From assembly GCA_965216325.1 (NCBI GenBank), contig OZ244160.1:480001-544000 (forward strand): a stretch of 64,000 nucleotides of DNA. The letters are read 5' to 3'. The notes under the pieces are model-generated. The model was not told where the DNA came from. It was given only the letters and a program-made list of their open reading frames with translations, and did no database searches. The DNA is from Coraliomargarita sp. GTDB lineage: Bacteria > Verrucomicrobiota > Verrucomicrobiia > Opitutales > Coraliomargaritaceae. Shown here in pieces: positions 28,901 through 42,154 of the stretch (position 1 is its first letter; each line of letters starts with the position of its first letter). The translations under genes and the position numbers were made by a program.

Positions 28901-29980
28901 ATGAATTTTGATTATTCAATCGAGCGTCTGTTGCAAATCGTAGGTGAGGGGGCCGAATGTGTGGGAGACTATGTGGGCACGATTCGTGGAATCGCCTCAC
29001 TCTCCGAGGCTGAGGCTGGAGATCTATCCTTCCTTGGAAATCCGAAATACCGCAAAGAGGTTGAAAGCAGTGACGCGTCAGTGCTGCTATTGCCCAAAGA
29101 TTATTCGGAGGAGCCTAAAGCTGGCCAACTTCAGATACGCCTCGACAATCCATCGTTTGCGCTGGCACTCATCTGCCGCGATATGGAATTGAGTCTTGAG
29201 CCGATGCCCGAGCCAGGTGTGCATCCGACTGCTGTGATCGAGGAGGGCGCGGAAGTTTCGCCGCAAGCGAGCATTGGTGCATTTTGCTATATTGGTCCAG
29301 ATGCGAAGATAGGTGCTGCGGTGTTAATGAGCCATGTCTCTGTCGGGCGTTCCGCGAGTGTGGGAGATGCGTCTATCTTATTTTCGCGAGTGGTGGTTGG
29401 TAATTACAGTCAGATCGGGCCGCGGAATCGCATTCAAGCGGGAGCGGTAATTGGCTCCGACGGCTATGGTTACGAGTTTCATGAAGGAGCACATCAGCGC
29501 GTTCCGCAAATTGGTCGTGTGGTGACTGAGGCCGACGTGGATATTGGTGCCAATACGACTTTGGATCGTGCGCGTTTCGGTTCGACGATTATCGGAGCTG
29601 GCACCAAAATCGATAATCAGGTGCAAATCGCCCATAATGTTCGTATTGGCAAACATTGCCTGATTGTGGCTCAGGTAGGCATTAGTGGTAGCACAACCTT
29701 GGGCAATGGGGTGGTTGTTGCCGGTCAAGCAGGCATTGCAGGGCATTTGGAAATCGGAGATGGCGTCATGATTGCCGGTGGGGCTGCGGTGACTCGCTCC
29801 TTGAAGCCAAAGGAAGCTGTGCGTGGTTCTCCATGCGAACCGATGATGCTCGCCAACCGTATTGCGGTGCTGCAGCGAAAGTTACCGGATCTTTTCAAAA
29901 GGTTTGATCAAGTAGAGAAAACTGTGAAAGCTCTCGACCCTTCCAGTCCCATCCCGAACACAGCAAATGAGTCAAAATAA
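28901..29980 (+). CDS. lpxD: UDP-3-O-(3-hydroxyacyl)glucosamine N-acyltransferase
   Basis: LSFLGNPKY, hexapeptide repeats, IGSDGYGY, IGANTTLDR, KIDNQVQIAHNV. Confidence 0.97.
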   Translation: MNFDYSIERLLQIVGEGAECVGDYVGTIRGIASLSEAEAGDLSFLGNPKYRKEVESSDASVLLLPKDYSEEPKAGQLQIRLDNPSFALALICRDMELSLEPMPEPGVHPTAVIEEGAEVSPQASIGAFCYIGPDAKIGAAVLMSHVSVGRSASVGDASILFSRVVVGNYSQIGPRNRIQAGAVIGSDGYGYEFHEGAHQRVPQIGRVVTEADVDIGANTTLDRARFGSTIIGAGTKIDNQVQIAHNVRIGKHCLIVAQVGISGSTTLGNGVVVAGQAGIAGHLEIGDGVMIAGGAAVTRSLKPKEAVRGSPCEPMMLANRIAVLQRKLPDLFKRFDQVEKTVKALDPSSPIPNTANESK

Positions 29981-30917
29981 ACTGAAGATTTTCACCGGTA
30001 ATTCGAATCCGGATCTCGCCAAGGAGATCTGTGGCATTCTTAACGAGCCGCTTGGTAAGGCCACAGTGATTCGCTTCCCTGATGGTGAGAGCTTTGTTCG
30101 CTACGATGAGAATATTCGCGGCGCTGACGTGTTTATTATTCAATCTAGCAACAACCCCGCCAATGAGAATTTGATGGAGTTGTTTATTATGATTGATGCG
30201 GCTCGTCGTGCGTCGGCGAAACGTATCACTGCAGTGATTCCATTCTTCGGTTATGCGCGTCAGGACCGTAAAGATCAGCCTCGTGTGCCAATTACTTCGA
30301 AGCTCGTTGCGAATTTACTGGTTTCTGCGGGCGCGAACCGCGTGCTGACCGTTGATTTGCACGCGCAGCAAATTCAGGGCTTCTTTGATATTCCGGTCGA
30401 CCACCTCTATGCGTCCCCCGTGCTCTTCCAGTATCTGAAGAATATTGATACCTCGAACCTGACTCTGTTTGCGCCTGATGTAGGTGGTATGAAAATGGCG
30501 TCTGCCTATGCGGAGCTCCTCAAGGTGCCGATTGGCTTTATTGCCAAGCGCCGAACTTCTGCCGAAACGGTTGAAGCGACATCGCTGGTGGGAGAGACTG
30601 AAGGGCGCGATATCCTCTTGATCGATGATATGACTGAAACGGCAGGCACGCTTTGTGCCGCTGCTGAGCTGCTTAAGAAGCATGGTGCAAAGAGCGTCAT
30701 GGCGGCAGTGAGCCACGGAGTGCTCAATGATCGTGGCTACGAGCGTTTGTCCAGCGGATTGCTGGATCGTTTGATCACGACCAACACGACTCCGGTTCAG
30801 CAGCGAGATGGCATTCCGATTACCGTGTTGAGTGTGGCGGAACTTTTGAGTGAAGGTATTCGCCGTATTCACGATAATGAGAGTGTCACCGGCCTCTTCG
30901 ACGTGAAGGGCTACTAG
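29967..30917 (+). CDS. prs: Ribose-phosphate pyrophosphokinase
   Basis: FPDGE, YARQDRK, DLHA.QIQGFF, DDM..TAGT. Confidence 0.98.
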   Translation: MSQNKLKIFTGNSNPDLAKEICGILNEPLGKATVIRFPDGESFVRYDENIRGADVFIIQSSNNPANENLMELFIMIDAARRASAKRITAVIPFFGYARQDRKDQPRVPITSKLVANLLVSAGANRVLTVDLHAQQIQGFFDIPVDHLYASPVLFQYLKNIDTSNLTLFAPDVGGMKMASAYAELLKVPIGFIAKRRTSAETVEATSLVGETEGRDILLIDDMTETAGTLCAAAELLKKHGAKSVMAAVSHGVLNDRGYERLSSGLLDRLITTNTTPVQQRDGIPITVLSVAELLSEGIRRIHDNESVTGLFDVKGY

Positions 30918-30948
30918 CTCTCGCTAACCGGCTCTAAAATTCTTTTTC

Positions 30949-30980
30949 AACGAGACGACCGTTTAGTGTCGTCTCGTTTT
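30949..30980 (+). terminator. Terminator after prs
   Basis: AACGAGACGAC...GTCGTCTCGTTTT. Confidence 0.75.
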
Positions 30981-31053
30981 GTAATTACCCCTGTGGCGCG
31001 CGTAGAAAAAGATCGAAATCTACGTTTCGCCAACAAAACTAGACGACTCGCAC

Positions 31054-32166
31054 ATGTCTCGCATTTATCTATCGCCCCCGGATATTAGTTCTGCCGATCA
31101 CGATTCGGTGGACGCTGTGTTGACTTCAAATTGGGTGGCACCGGTCGGCCCCCATCTTGCTGAGTTTGAACAGCAAGTGTCCAATCGAGTGGGGCGTCAG
31201 CGTGCGGTCGCGTTGAATTCTGGGACGGCGGCCCTACATCTGGCTTTGCGCGTGCTTGGAATTGGTCCGGGGGACGCAGTTATCTGTCCGAGCTTAACCT
31301 TTGCCGCGAGCGCGAACCCGATTTGTTATTGTGGCGCGGATCCCATTTTTGTGGATAGCGAGCAGCAGACTTGGAACCTCGATCCGAAACTTCTGGAGCA
31401 GGCCTTGAAGGAATGCCCGAATGTCAAAGCGGTGATTGTAGTGCACCTGTATGGACAGTGTGCTCAAATGGATCATATTCTTGAGCTGTGTAAACGTTAT
31501 GAGGTTGCTTTGATTGAAGATGCTGCTGAGGCACTTGGTGCGAGCTATCAAGGCCAAGCGGCAGGATCGTTTGGTGAGTTCTCGTTCTTTTCATTTAACG
31601 GCAATAAGATCATTACCACTTCCGGGGGGGGGATGTTGCTCGCAGATAAAAAGGAATGGATCGATGAAGCCTTGTATCTGGCGACACAGGCTCGCGAGCC
31701 GGTTGCGCACTATGAGCATAAGGAGATCGGCTTTAACTATCGTTTGAGCAATGTGCTGGCCGGTTTGGGAATCAGCCAGTTGGCAGACCTTGAACGCCGA
31801 GTGGCAGTGCGTAAGCAGCATTTCGACGCATATGCTGGAGCGTTTGCGGATATCGATCCGATTGAAATGATGCCGGTCTCGGAGCAGGGCTGCGCGAATT
31901 ACTGGCTCAGTTGCCTCACATTGGAATCGAGTGAGAGTGGCCCGACACGTGATCAAGTGATACAGGCATTGGCGGATGCGGATATTGAGGCTCGGCCGCT
32001 GTGGAAGCCACTGCATGAGCAGCCAGTCTATGAAGGCTGTAAACTGTATGGAGGGGCCGTAGCCGCAGATCTTTTCGAGCGTGGCTTATGCTTGCCGAGT
32101 GGCTCATCCTTATCCGCTGGGGAGCGTGCACGTGTCATTGAAATTGTCCGCAGATGTTTTGAGTGA
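31054..32166 (+). CDS. DegT/DnrJ/EryC1/StrS sugar aminotransferase (PglE/EpsN-like)
   Basis: SGTAALHLAL, EDAAEALG, SFNGNKIITTSGGG, GFNYRLSN, RPLWKPLH. Confidence 0.93.
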   Translation: MSRIYLSPPDISSADHDSVDAVLTSNWVAPVGPHLAEFEQQVSNRVGRQRAVALNSGTAALHLALRVLGIGPGDAVICPSLTFAASANPICYCGADPIFVDSEQQTWNLDPKLLEQALKECPNVKAVIVVHLYGQCAQMDHILELCKRYEVALIEDAAEALGASYQGQAAGSFGEFSFFSFNGNKIITTSGGGMLLADKKEWIDEALYLATQAREPVAHYEHKEIGFNYRLSNVLAGLGISQLADLERRVAVRKQHFDAYAGAFADIDPIEMMPVSEQGCANYWLSCLTLESSESGPTRDQVIQALADADIEARPLWKPLHEQPVYEGCKLYGGAVAADLFERGLCLPSGSSLSAGERARVIEIVRRCFE

Positions 32167-34055
32167 GAAAGTTGAATTGCAAAATGGCTAACACAGTTCT
32201 GAGTCGATATCTGAATTTCCGCACACTCTCCTTAGTTGGCTTTTATCTGGTTGTCTCTGCACTCAGCTATTACATCGCGTTTGAGCTTAGGTTTGATTTT
32301 TCGGTGCCGGAGGATTTTGCGCAGGAACGCATCGCGTCGCTTTGGTGGGTCTTGATGTTGAAGCTGATGATGTTGGCTGCCTTTGGGCAGTTGGATTCCA
32401 TCTTATCTTATTTTCGTCTGCCGGACGTGCTGCGTTTGTTTGCAAGTTTGTTTACCTCTGCTGCGGTACTGACTTCCATGTGGTATGTTTATGGGGGGGA
32501 TGGTGTGCCACCGCGCTCGGTTATATTGAGTGACTTGCTCTTGAGCTTTTTGATGATTGCAGCGTTTCGTGTCGGTTTCCGTATGAAAGCGAGCCATGGT
32601 TTGGCAGATTGGTTTGGGGATCATCAGGCGCAGAATGTCTTAATTGTTGGAGCGGGCGAAGTGGGGGCGGCTATTTGTGCAGAGCTTTCCGGCAAGTCCA
32701 GTCTAGGCATGCGCCCGGTTGCGTTTGTGGATGATGCGGAGCGTAAAATAGGACGCTACATCCATGGTATCCAAGTCATGGATCGTGTGGATAACTTGGC
32801 TGCGGTGGCCAAGCGCGTGTCGGCAGATAAAGTTGTCATTGCATTTCCTTCCGCTTCGATACAGCGCGTTCAACAAGTAGTCGATGCTGCACGTGATGCC
32901 AATTTGGCGGTGGATATCGTTCCTGCGCTAACTGACATTGTCAGTGGCCGGGCACGCATGACTCAGTTGCGCCCGGTGCAGCTTGAGGACTTGCTTGGCC
33001 GTGATCCTGTAGACCTGAACTCGGACAGTATTCGTGAGATGCTCACAGGTAAGCGGGTCCTGGTGACCGGTGCAGGCGGAAGTATTGGGCGTGAGTTGGT
33101 CGTGCAGATTTTGGATTATGGCCCGGAAGCAATTGTCTGTATAGATCAGGCTGAAATTGCCGTGTTCAATTTGCAGCAAGAAGTGCTGAGCCCATCGCAG
33201 GCACCGTGTGAGAAGCAAATTCGTGTTCTGGACATTTGTGATCAGGTCGCGATGGAAGCTCTCTTTGATGAGTTCAAGCCGCAGGTCGTCTTTCATGCTG
33301 CGGCGCATAAACATGTGAATCTCATGGAGTCACAGCCAGCCGAGGCTCTAAAAAACAACTTCCTCGCCAGTCATGCGCTCGCCATGTTATCGAGTCGCAC
33401 ATCAGTTGAACGTTTTATTCTGATTTCGAGTGATAAAGCGATCAACCCGACCAGCGTGATGGGGGCGACTAAGCGTTTGGCGGAACTTGCCTTGTTGGAG
33501 CAACAACGCGTTGAAGGCAATACAACCAAGTTCATGGCACTACGTTTCGGCAATGTGCTGGGTTCGTCTGGTAGTGTGATTCCCATTTTTCGCCGACAAA
33601 TTGATGCGGGGGGGCCGTTGACGGTTACCGACCCCGAGGTGACTCGTTTCTTTATGACTGTGCAAGAAGCAGTCGGACTAGTCTTGCAGAGTGCCACTCA
33701 AGGGCAGGGGGGCGAAATCTTCGTATTGGATATGGGAGAATCGATGAAGATTGTCGATGTTGCCCGGCAGATGATCGCCTTGAGCGGTTTGCAAGAAGGA
33801 GTGGATATCGAGATTCAATTCACGGGCTTGCGTCCCGGTGAGAAACTCTACGAAGAGGTGCAGCATGTCGACGAAGAGCACCAGCCAACCGATCATCCAC
33901 GTGTGTTGCGCTTTGTGGCGCAGAGCCGTTCGGTCGAATCATTTGATACGATGAAAACCGCCTTAGTGGATTCGATGAGTTCTAATGAGCCCAAACTGAT
34001 TAAGCAAGTGATTCAGACTTATGTGCCCGAATATACCCCTTACTTAGATGAGTAG
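32163..34055 (+). CDS. Membrane-anchored NDP-sugar 4,6-dehydratase (CapD/PglF family)
   Basis: Four N-terminal TM segments, [57 protein letters not shown]; start may be the ATG at about 32184. Confidence 0.94.
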   Translation: MRKLNCKMANTVLSRYLNFRTLSLVGFYLVVSALSYYIAFELRFDFSVPEDFAQERIASLWWVLMLKLMMLAAFGQLDSILSYFRLPDVLRLFASLFTSAAVLTSMWYVYGGDGVPPRSVILSDLLLSFLMIAAFRVGFRMKASHGLADWFGDHQAQNVLIVGAGEVGAAICAELSGKSSLGMRPVAFVDDAERKIGRYIHGIQVMDRVDNLAAVAKRVSADKVVIAFPSASIQRVQQVVDAARDANLAVDIVPALTDIVSGRARMTQLRPVQLEDLLGRDPVDLNSDSIREMLTGKRVLVTGAGGSIGRELVVQILDYGPEAIVCIDQAEIAVFNLQQEVLSPSQAPCEKQIRVLDICDQVAMEALFDEFKPQVVFHAAAHKHVNLMESQPAEALKNNFLASHALAMLSSRTSVERFILISSDKAINPTSVMGATKRLAELALLEQQRVEGNTTKFMALRFGNVLGSSGSVIPIFRRQIDAGGPLTVTDPEVTRFFMTVQEAVGLVLQSATQGQGGEIFVLDMGESMKIVDVARQMIALSGLQEGVDIEIQFTGLRPGEKLYEEVQHVDEEHQPTDHPRVLRFVAQSRSVESFDTMKTALVDSMSSNEPKLIKQVIQTYVPEYTPYLDE

Positions 34056-34960
34056 GGGCGCATGGTGCTAGCGACGGATTCACAGATCCCCAAGAAGGTC
34101 TCTTCCGTAATTGAGAGCTTTTTCTCCTTGGCGTAGCAGATGCCCCATTGGCGCTTGATTTTGCGGCTGCCGAATGAAATGCGTGCTAGACTGCCTTGGT
34201 TCACTTCGTTTTCAACAATCCAGGATGCCAGGAAGCTCACACCATAGTTGATTTTGATCAGCTCTTTGATCGCTTCCATACTGCCGAGCTCAATGTAATT
34301 CTCGAGGGCCAGCTTCTTGCTCCGGAAGAACTGCTCAATCTCACGGAAGGTCTGACTACTGTTATTGTAGAGCACGAGACGTTCTTGAGCAATTTCGTTC
34401 ATTCGCACAGTGCCTTTTTGTGCAAAGGCGTGTGTCGCTGAGGTTACGAGCACGAGCTCGTCATCAAAAAGTTTTTGTACGGTCACGTCTCGTTCATTGC
34501 CGGAGTCGACGATAATCGCTAAATCAATCTCGTGGTGACGCACCATATCGAGCAGCTCTGGTGTGTCTGCAGGGGAGATGCTCAGAATGCACTCCGGGAA
34601 ACATTCGTTAAACTCACGCAACACATTTGGAAGAATGTGTTGGCAGGCAGTTGTGCTGGCTCCGATACGCAGTCGACCGCGGCCCCAGTTGGCGCGGTCT
34701 TTGATTTGTTCACGCGCGCTTTCCATCTGATGGAGAATGGCTTGCGCGTGTTTGTAGAGGTCTTCCCCGTCGTCGGTAATGTGGATTTTGCGTCCGGTTC
34801 GAGTCACCAGTTGGCAGCGCAGATCCTCTTCCAGATTCTTTACCGAGTGGCTGATTGCAGATTGCGTGAGGTTTAGCTTACGAGCGGTTTCGGTGAAGCT
34901 TCCCGTCTGCACGAGGGTGCAGAAGGCTAGAAGCTGGCGGCTGTCGATGGTTTCTATCAT
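34040..34960 (-). CDS. LysR family transcriptional regulator
   Basis: [29 protein letters not shown]; substrate-binding domain; T-N11-A dyad ATGAG-N5-CTAAT over its start. Confidence 0.95.
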   Translation of the reverse strand: MIETIDSRQLLAFCTLVQTGSFTETARKLNLTQSAISHSVKNLEEDLRCQLVTRTGRKIHITDDGEDLYKHAQAILHQMESAREQIKDRANWGRGRLRIGASTTACQHILPNVLREFNECFPECILSISPADTPELLDMVRHHEIDLAIIVDSGNERDVTVQKLFDDELVLVTSATHAFAQKGTVRMNEIAQERLVLYNNSSQTFREIEQFFRSKKLALENYIELGSMEAIKELIKINYGVSFLASWIVENEVNQGSLARISFGSRKIKRQWGICYAKEKKLSITEETFLGICESVASTMRPYSSK

Positions 34961-35011
34961 GAGTGAAACTAATATAAATTATGACTCTATTTGTTTCATT
35001 TATTTATCAGA

Positions 35012-35028
35012 TCGGTATGGTCAATGCT
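35012..35028 (+). promoter_or_regulatory. Candidate sigma54 -24/-12 promoter of the nitrate cluster
   Basis: cGGtAtGgtcaaTGCT, exact GG-N10-GC spacing, 16 bp before ATG 35044. Confidence 0.45.
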
Positions 35029-35043
35029 AATTCTGGCAGGCAT

Positions 35044-36102
35044 ATGCAAATCGCAAAGCCAGAATTCACCTTTCAGAACCGTCGCAGTAACTCTATCCGA
35101 CTTGGATATGTGAGGCTGTTGGATGCGGCTCCACTGATTGTTGCCGATAGTTTGGGGCTTTTTCGTGATGCCGGTCTGGATGTGACACTCACCCGTGAAG
35201 TGGGCTGGGCAACCATCCGGGATAAGTTGGCATTTGGCGAACTGGATGTCGTGCAGGCACTGAGCCCGATGCCATTTGTGATGCGACTGGGCCTTGGGGT
35301 GACTCCCACTGAAGCACTCACAGGTATGGTCCTGTCATGGAACGGCAATGCCATCACGCTTTCGATGCAACTGCGTGAAGAAGGGATTGACGACGGCGAG
35401 AGTTTGGCACGCTACATTAAGCGCGGCTACCGTCCTCGCAAGCTGGTCTTTGGTGTGGTTTCACAGTATTCCTCACATTACTTTATTCTCTGCCGCTGGC
35501 TTGAGGCACATGGCGTCGATCCCAAGGAAGACGTGATTGTGACTGTGTTGCCTCCGGAACAAATGGTGCGGAACATCGCCTCAGGAAATATTGATGGTTT
35601 TTGTGTGGGCGAACCATGGAACTCGCTTGCGGTAGAAGAGGGCTTGGGCTGGTGCCCTGCGACCAGTGCTCAGATTGAGCCAGCCTATCCGGAGAAAGTG
35701 CTGATGACTACTGAGCGCTTTAATACGTATCGACCGGATGAATACAGCCGCATGATTGGAGTGCTTAAGCAGGCATGTTCCTTCTGTGAAGACGTGACTA
35801 ATCGTGATGAACTGTTTAGAATCCTGTCCAAGTCCGAATACCTAAACTGTACGCCTGGCACGATGAAACAGGCGTTCTCAGGTGCGTTTCCGCTAGGTTT
35901 TGGACGTGTTGCAGCAGGAGCTTTCATTGGCTTTGAGGGCAATGAACTCAATGCGCCAGATGCAAAGCGTGCTCAACAAGTTTGGGATGACCTGTGCCGC
36001 TATTCTGATCACAGCTGCACCAACGCTGAATCCAACAAGATGATTAAGCAGACCTATCGCGCAGATATCTACCAGCAAGCTGCTGCAGATTGTGTGATCT
36101 AA
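35044..36102 (+). CDS. Cytoplasmic CmpA/NrtA-fold protein (NasS-like nitrate/nitrite sensor)
   Basis: [53 protein letters not shown]; no signal peptide. Confidence 0.8.
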   Translation: MQIAKPEFTFQNRRSNSIRLGYVRLLDAAPLIVADSLGLFRDAGLDVTLTREVGWATIRDKLAFGELDVVQALSPMPFVMRLGLGVTPTEALTGMVLSWNGNAITLSMQLREEGIDDGESLARYIKRGYRPRKLVFGVVSQYSSHYFILCRWLEAHGVDPKEDVIVTVLPPEQMVRNIASGNIDGFCVGEPWNSLAVEEGLGWCPATSAQIEPAYPEKVLMTTERFNTYRPDEYSRMIGVLKQACSFCEDVTNRDELFRILSKSEYLNCTPGTMKQAFSGAFPLGFGRVAAGAFIGFEGNELNAPDAKRAQQVWDDLCRYSDHSCTNAESNKMIKQTYRADIYQQAAADCVI

Positions 36103-36132
36103 ATTTCCTACCTGAAAACTGAAAAAAATAAG

Positions 36133-37491
<1,359 letters not shown>

Positions 37492-37500
37492 TTGGATAGA

Positions 37501-37574
37501 GGTAGGGCGCGTTAACCTTAACGCGCCGGCGTAAACGCGATGCGAGCGGATCGTTAAGAATAACGATCCCTACC
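37501..37574. repeat. Inverted GTAG-type REP doublet (REPIN-like)
   Basis: GGTAG-GGCGCGTTAA-cc-TTAACGCGCC ... GGATCGTTA-agaa-TAACGATCC-CTACC. Confidence 0.75.
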
Positions 37575-37607
37575 ACTAATCAAATACTACCTAACTGACC
37601 AAACCAC

Positions 37608-37636
37608 AGCCTCCTACCCGTCGGGTAGGGGGCTTT
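37608..37636 (+). terminator. Strong hairpin between nrtA and nrtB (weak terminator or mRNA stabiliser)
   Basis: AGCCTCCTACCCG-t-CGGGTAGGGGGCT with only a short T tail. Confidence 0.6.
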
Positions 37637-37694
37637 CGGGGTGAAGCTACTGCGCTTCCTCTTATTACATAAATTCGAAACAACACACCTACCT

Positions 37695-39323
37695 ATGGCT
37701 GAGAAAACCTCAGATGAAATCAAATACCGCATCCTGCGGTTCCTAGACGTAACCGGATTCACAGTCTTTGACCCGATTGTGCGCCTCTGTTTTGGTGAAG
37801 AGCCGAAGAAGCAGGTCGAAGCGATTGTCAAATTCCTGCTGATTCCGATCGCGTTTATTACTTTCTGTGTATGGATCTGGGCAACCGTTGCTCCGAAGCA
37901 CAAAACCAAATCCGGTGAGGTGCCAACACCGGACGTCGTGCTTGAATCTGCACGTATCAACCATCAGTTCGGTCAACGCGAAGACACCAAGGCTGCCGAC
38001 TTCATCCTTGAGGGCGCTGAACGCGAAGCTGCGCTCGCAGAGGTGGAGCAACTGATCGAGAACAACGCAGTCATCCTTGAAGAACGCCAAGCGGAGCTCG
38101 CGAAACACGAGGCCGACTATAAGGCACAACTGGATTCCCGCTTGGCACCCCTCCAAGAGGAACTCGATGCACTGAAGAGCACAAATAAGGGTGCGCTGGA
38201 AGTGGCGAAGGCAACTGTGGCTGCTGAAGCTGAGCAGATTGAAGCCGGAAGCGGTTCAACCGCTGCGCTCGTTGCTGCGATTCGCAATGAGTCTGCGATC
38301 AAGGATACAGGCCGTGCTGCGGAGACGGTCATTAAGGACCAGATCGATGCGATCCGCGCGGAGAAGTATAAGCCTCTCGAAGCAGCGCGTCTCTCTGTGA
38401 ACGCTGTCGCCGATGAAGTGCAGTTTCTCAAGAAGCGTGTCGACATGCTGACATCTGCTAACCGCAGCCAGAAGGTGCTCGCTGCTGAAGAGAAGCTGGC
38501 TGGCTATGAAGCGAAGCTTGAAGGCGCAGACTCTGCTAAGGCTGCAACTCTCGCTGCGAAGAGCGTCGTTCGCTCTGAAGATTCAATCGAGCGTCTCGAA
38601 GGCCAAAAGTTTGCTAAGGCGATGACCGTTTACCTGCAGGTTAAGCGCAGTCTCTTTACCGTGTTCATTGGTTTCATCACTGCTGCGATCATTGCGATTC
38701 CAATTGGTATTCTCTGTGGCCTGAGCCGCATCGCGATGGCCTGTTTGACACCGATCATCTCGATCTTCAAGCCGGTCTCTCCAGTGGTATGGCTCCTGAT
38801 CTTCCAGATTGTTGTCGGTGCCTTCTTCCCGGATCCAGAGTCACATCCATTCTTTCTATTCTTTAACAGCCTGCCGATCATCGGTGGTCTGGGTATTAAC
38901 CCTGCGCTGATCTTCTCCGCGTGCACCGTTGCGATGTGTGCGGTTTGGCCTGCGTTGGTGAACACTGCGCTCGGTGTGTCTTCGATTGATAAGGACCACA
39001 TCAACGTTGCACGTGTGCTTCGCCTGAACTTCTGGGAACGTCTTACCAAGATCATCATCCCATCTGCAATGCCGCTCGTGTTTGCTGGTCTGCGTATCTC
39101 TCTCGGTGTGGGCTGGATGGTTCTGATCGCTGCGGAAGCGCTGTCCTCATCCGATGGTTTGGGTAAGTTTGTATGGGACGAATACCAAAATGGTTCCTCC
39201 TTCTCCTTCGCGAACATCATCTACGCCTGCTTCGTGGTCGGTATCATTGGTTTCTTCCTCGACCGTATGATGATCGTTCTGCAGCGCTTCGTCTCGTTCG
39301 ATGGCGGCAACACCTCGCTGTAA
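37695..39323 (+). CDS. nrtB: Nitrate ABC transporter permease with a long coiled-coil insertion
   Basis: [59 protein letters not shown] 37695 preferred. Confidence 0.88.
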   Translation: MAEKTSDEIKYRILRFLDVTGFTVFDPIVRLCFGEEPKKQVEAIVKFLLIPIAFITFCVWIWATVAPKHKTKSGEVPTPDVVLESARINHQFGQREDTKAADFILEGAEREAALAEVEQLIENNAVILEERQAELAKHEADYKAQLDSRLAPLQEELDALKSTNKGALEVAKATVAAEAEQIEAGSGSTAALVAAIRNESAIKDTGRAAETVIKDQIDAIRAEKYKPLEAARLSVNAVADEVQFLKKRVDMLTSANRSQKVLAAEEKLAGYEAKLEGADSAKAATLAAKSVVRSEDSIERLEGQKFAKAMTVYLQVKRSLFTVFIGFITAAIIAIPIGILCGLSRIAMACLTPIISIFKPVSPVVWLLIFQIVVGAFFPDPESHPFFLFFNSLPIIGGLGINPALIFSACTVAMCAVWPALVNTALGVSSIDKDHINVARVLRLNFWERLTKIIIPSAMPLVFAGLRISLGVGWMVLIAAEALSSSDGLGKFVWDEYQNGSSFSFANIIYACFVVGIIGFFLDRMMIVLQRFVSFDGGNTSL

Positions 39324-39363
39324 GCAATTTATCATTTCTAAATCTTAAATTGAAAATTGACTC

Positions 39364-40287
39364 ATGTCTTATTTGGAAATCGATAATGTGAGCATCGGAT
39401 TCGGCCCGGTGGGCAACCGATATGAGGTGCTCAGCGACCTGAACCTCTCGGTCGAAGAAAACGAGTTTATCGCGGTCGTCGGGTTCTCCGGGGCAGGGAA
39501 GTCTACCTTGATTTCCCTCTTGGCGGGACTTCTTGAGCCCGATGCCGGAGAAGTCCGCATTGGTGGCGAAGTCATCAAAGAGCCATCGCCGCGACTGGGC
39601 ATTATGTTCCAGAACTACTCCTTGCTTCCATGGCTCACCGTGTATGAAAACGTCGCACTTGCGGTGAAGCAGGTCTTCCCGAACTACAGCAAGGCCGAGC
39701 TACGTGAGCACGTTGAGAAATATGTTGCGATGGTGAAGCTTTCACCGGCGCTTGAGAAAAAGCCTTCCGAGCTCTCGGGTGGTATGCGTCAACGTGCGTC
39801 GCTGGCACGCACGCTCTCCATGCAGCCGGAGGTGCTTCTCCTCGACGAGCCGCTCTCCGCGCTCGACGCGCTCACCCGCGCTGAGATTCAGGATGAGATC
39901 ATCAACATTTGGGAGAACGATAAGCGCACCATCGTTATGATTACCAATGACGTCGATGAAGCAGTTCTCATGGCCGACAAGATTGTGCCGCTCACTATGG
40001 GCCCGAGCGCGACGCTCGATACGCCATTCCCCGTCAATTTGGAGCGTCCTCGTAATCGCACCACGCTGAACACCAATCCGGAGTTTCGCCGTCTGCGTAA
40101 CGACATCTCTAAATACATGGTCACACTCAACGAAGAAGCGAAGGCGATGAGTGAGCACCAGTCTGCCATCGATTTGCCGCCGATCATGCCGATCGACTTC
40201 TCCAGCTATCCGCACAAGCCGGCTAGAGGTCGTCGTCGTGCGAAGCTTGCTGAAGCGCTCAACCCACAAACTACATTCTTTAAGTAA
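39364..40287 (+). CDS. nrtC: Nitrate ABC transporter ATP-binding subunit
   Basis: [39 protein letters not shown]. Confidence 0.88.
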   Translation: MSYLEIDNVSIGFGPVGNRYEVLSDLNLSVEENEFIAVVGFSGAGKSTLISLLAGLLEPDAGEVRIGGEVIKEPSPRLGIMFQNYSLLPWLTVYENVALAVKQVFPNYSKAELREHVEKYVAMVKLSPALEKKPSELSGGMRQRASLARTLSMQPEVLLLDEPLSALDALTRAEIQDEIINIWENDKRTIVMITNDVDEAVLMADKIVPLTMGPSATLDTPFPVNLERPRNRTTLNTNPEFRRLRNDISKYMVTLNEEAKAMSEHQSAIDLPPIMPIDFSSYPHKPARGRRRAKLAEALNPQTTFFK

Positions 40288-40296
40288 GGTCGAATT

Positions 40297-41130
<834 letters not shown>

Positions 41131-41146
41131 GCTTGTGTAGTTTACT

Positions 41147-41192
41147 AAGCCGTCAGACTGAGCAGTTAACTGTTTGGTTTGGCGGCTTTTTT
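41147..41192 (+). terminator. Terminator of the nrt operon
   Basis: AAGCCGTCAGAC...GTTTGGCGGC followed by T6. Confidence 0.8.
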
Positions 41193-41448
41193 ATGGTTTT
41201 TGGCTGACGCGGTAGAAGCCTTGTAGTGCTGATTTCAGCTGAATCGGACCATAGCTGGTAGCGCGCAGAGGATCAGTAGGAAGAGTTGTTTGAGGTGCAT
41301 GATTAGGGCTTCTGATTCACTGCTATAGAGCTTTAGTCAAATGTGAAGGGCGAAGGCAGTTGCTCGGTCAGGCGAGACGCCTGTGCTACGGAAATTGCTC
41401 TGGCCGATTAAGATTAGGAGTATGAGTAAGATTAAGAGAGGGCTATCC

Positions 41449-41919
41449 TTACTCGCCGCAGGGGGAGGTGGGTTTGCCTTGGAAATACGCTTGTAGGAGT
41501 TCGTTAGCTCGGGCTTGTTCTTCTTGGGTGAGCTCCTGATAGTTGCGGTCGTAGCTCCAGCCATAGCCCCAGCGATACCAATTATAAAAGTAAGGGCTGC
41601 CGCCGAAACGTACGCCTTGATACATCATTTCGGCGAGGGCTTCGTCACCAGTTTTCTGGAGCACGCAGTCGCGTAGGGCGTGATCGGCGGCGAGACGTTG
41701 AGCTTCGGTGCCGCCTTGCCAGTAGGCGATGTCGTGTTCGACGCAGCAGTCGCACCAGTCATCGGAGTTGATCAGTGAGCGGTCGGGGAAGAGTGAGCAG
41801 CCGTCACTGGCGAAGGGGCTGAGTGAACGGCTCGGGCTTTGCGAGAAGTAGGCAACGCTGGTCACACCCAGTAAGATGAGAAGGGCGATGCCGCGGACGA
41901 TGGTTTTGGCTTTAGGCAC
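41449..41919 (-). CDS. Membrane-anchored hypothetical protein with a PLA2-like CCxxHD motif
   Basis: N-terminal TM, SDGCSLFPD, WCDCCVEHDIAYWQGGT, RLAAD..L..CV, YRWGYGW; GTG at 41919 preferred. Confidence 0.75.
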   Translation of the reverse strand: MPKAKTIVRGIALLILLGVTSVAYFSQSPSRSLSPFASDGCSLFPDRSLINSDDWCDCCVEHDIAYWQGGTEAQRLAADHALRDCVLQKTGDEALAEMMYQGVRFGGSPYFYNWYRWGYGWSYDRNYQELTQEEQARANELLQAYFQGKPTSPCGE

Positions 41920-41970
41920 GTTGAAGCGTGAAGTTTGATCGGTAGAGGATGCTGATGGCTCTGTTGTTGG

Positions 41971-42081
41971 GCCCACTAATCGCACGAATTTTCACGAAAC
42001 TGGTGCTCGATCATTGGGGCACACTGAGGCACGAAGCGGTGATAAAGTCTGTATTTGTGTAGATTAGTGCAATTCGTGGGC
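41971..42081. repeat. Inverted pair of degenerate 9-mer (CACGAAT-type) repeat tracts
   Basis: cccactaatcgcacgaattttcacgaaa versus the reverse complement of atttgtgtagattagtgcaattcgtggg. Confidence 0.6.
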
Positions 42082-42104
42082 GGTTTTCTATTTCTTTTAT
42101 CAAC

Positions 42105-42133
42105 AAAAAAGCCCGTCGGTGAGGACGGGCTTT
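42105..42133 (-). terminator. Terminator of dapF
   Basis: A6-GCCCGTC...GACGGGC-TTT. Confidence 0.85.
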
Positions 42134-42154
42134 AGGGTGGAGTGACAGTTGAAA

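Noticed and set aside
34906..34921. NtrC-type enhancer (TGCAC-gagg-GTGCA) inside lysR
   Set aside because: Spacing is 3 bp shorter than TGCAC-N7-GTGCA and it lies in coding sequence.
41235..41300. Minus-strand 21-aa ORF MHLKQLFLLILCALPAMVRFS
   Set aside because: Signal-peptide-like but too short to support; possibly a remnant.
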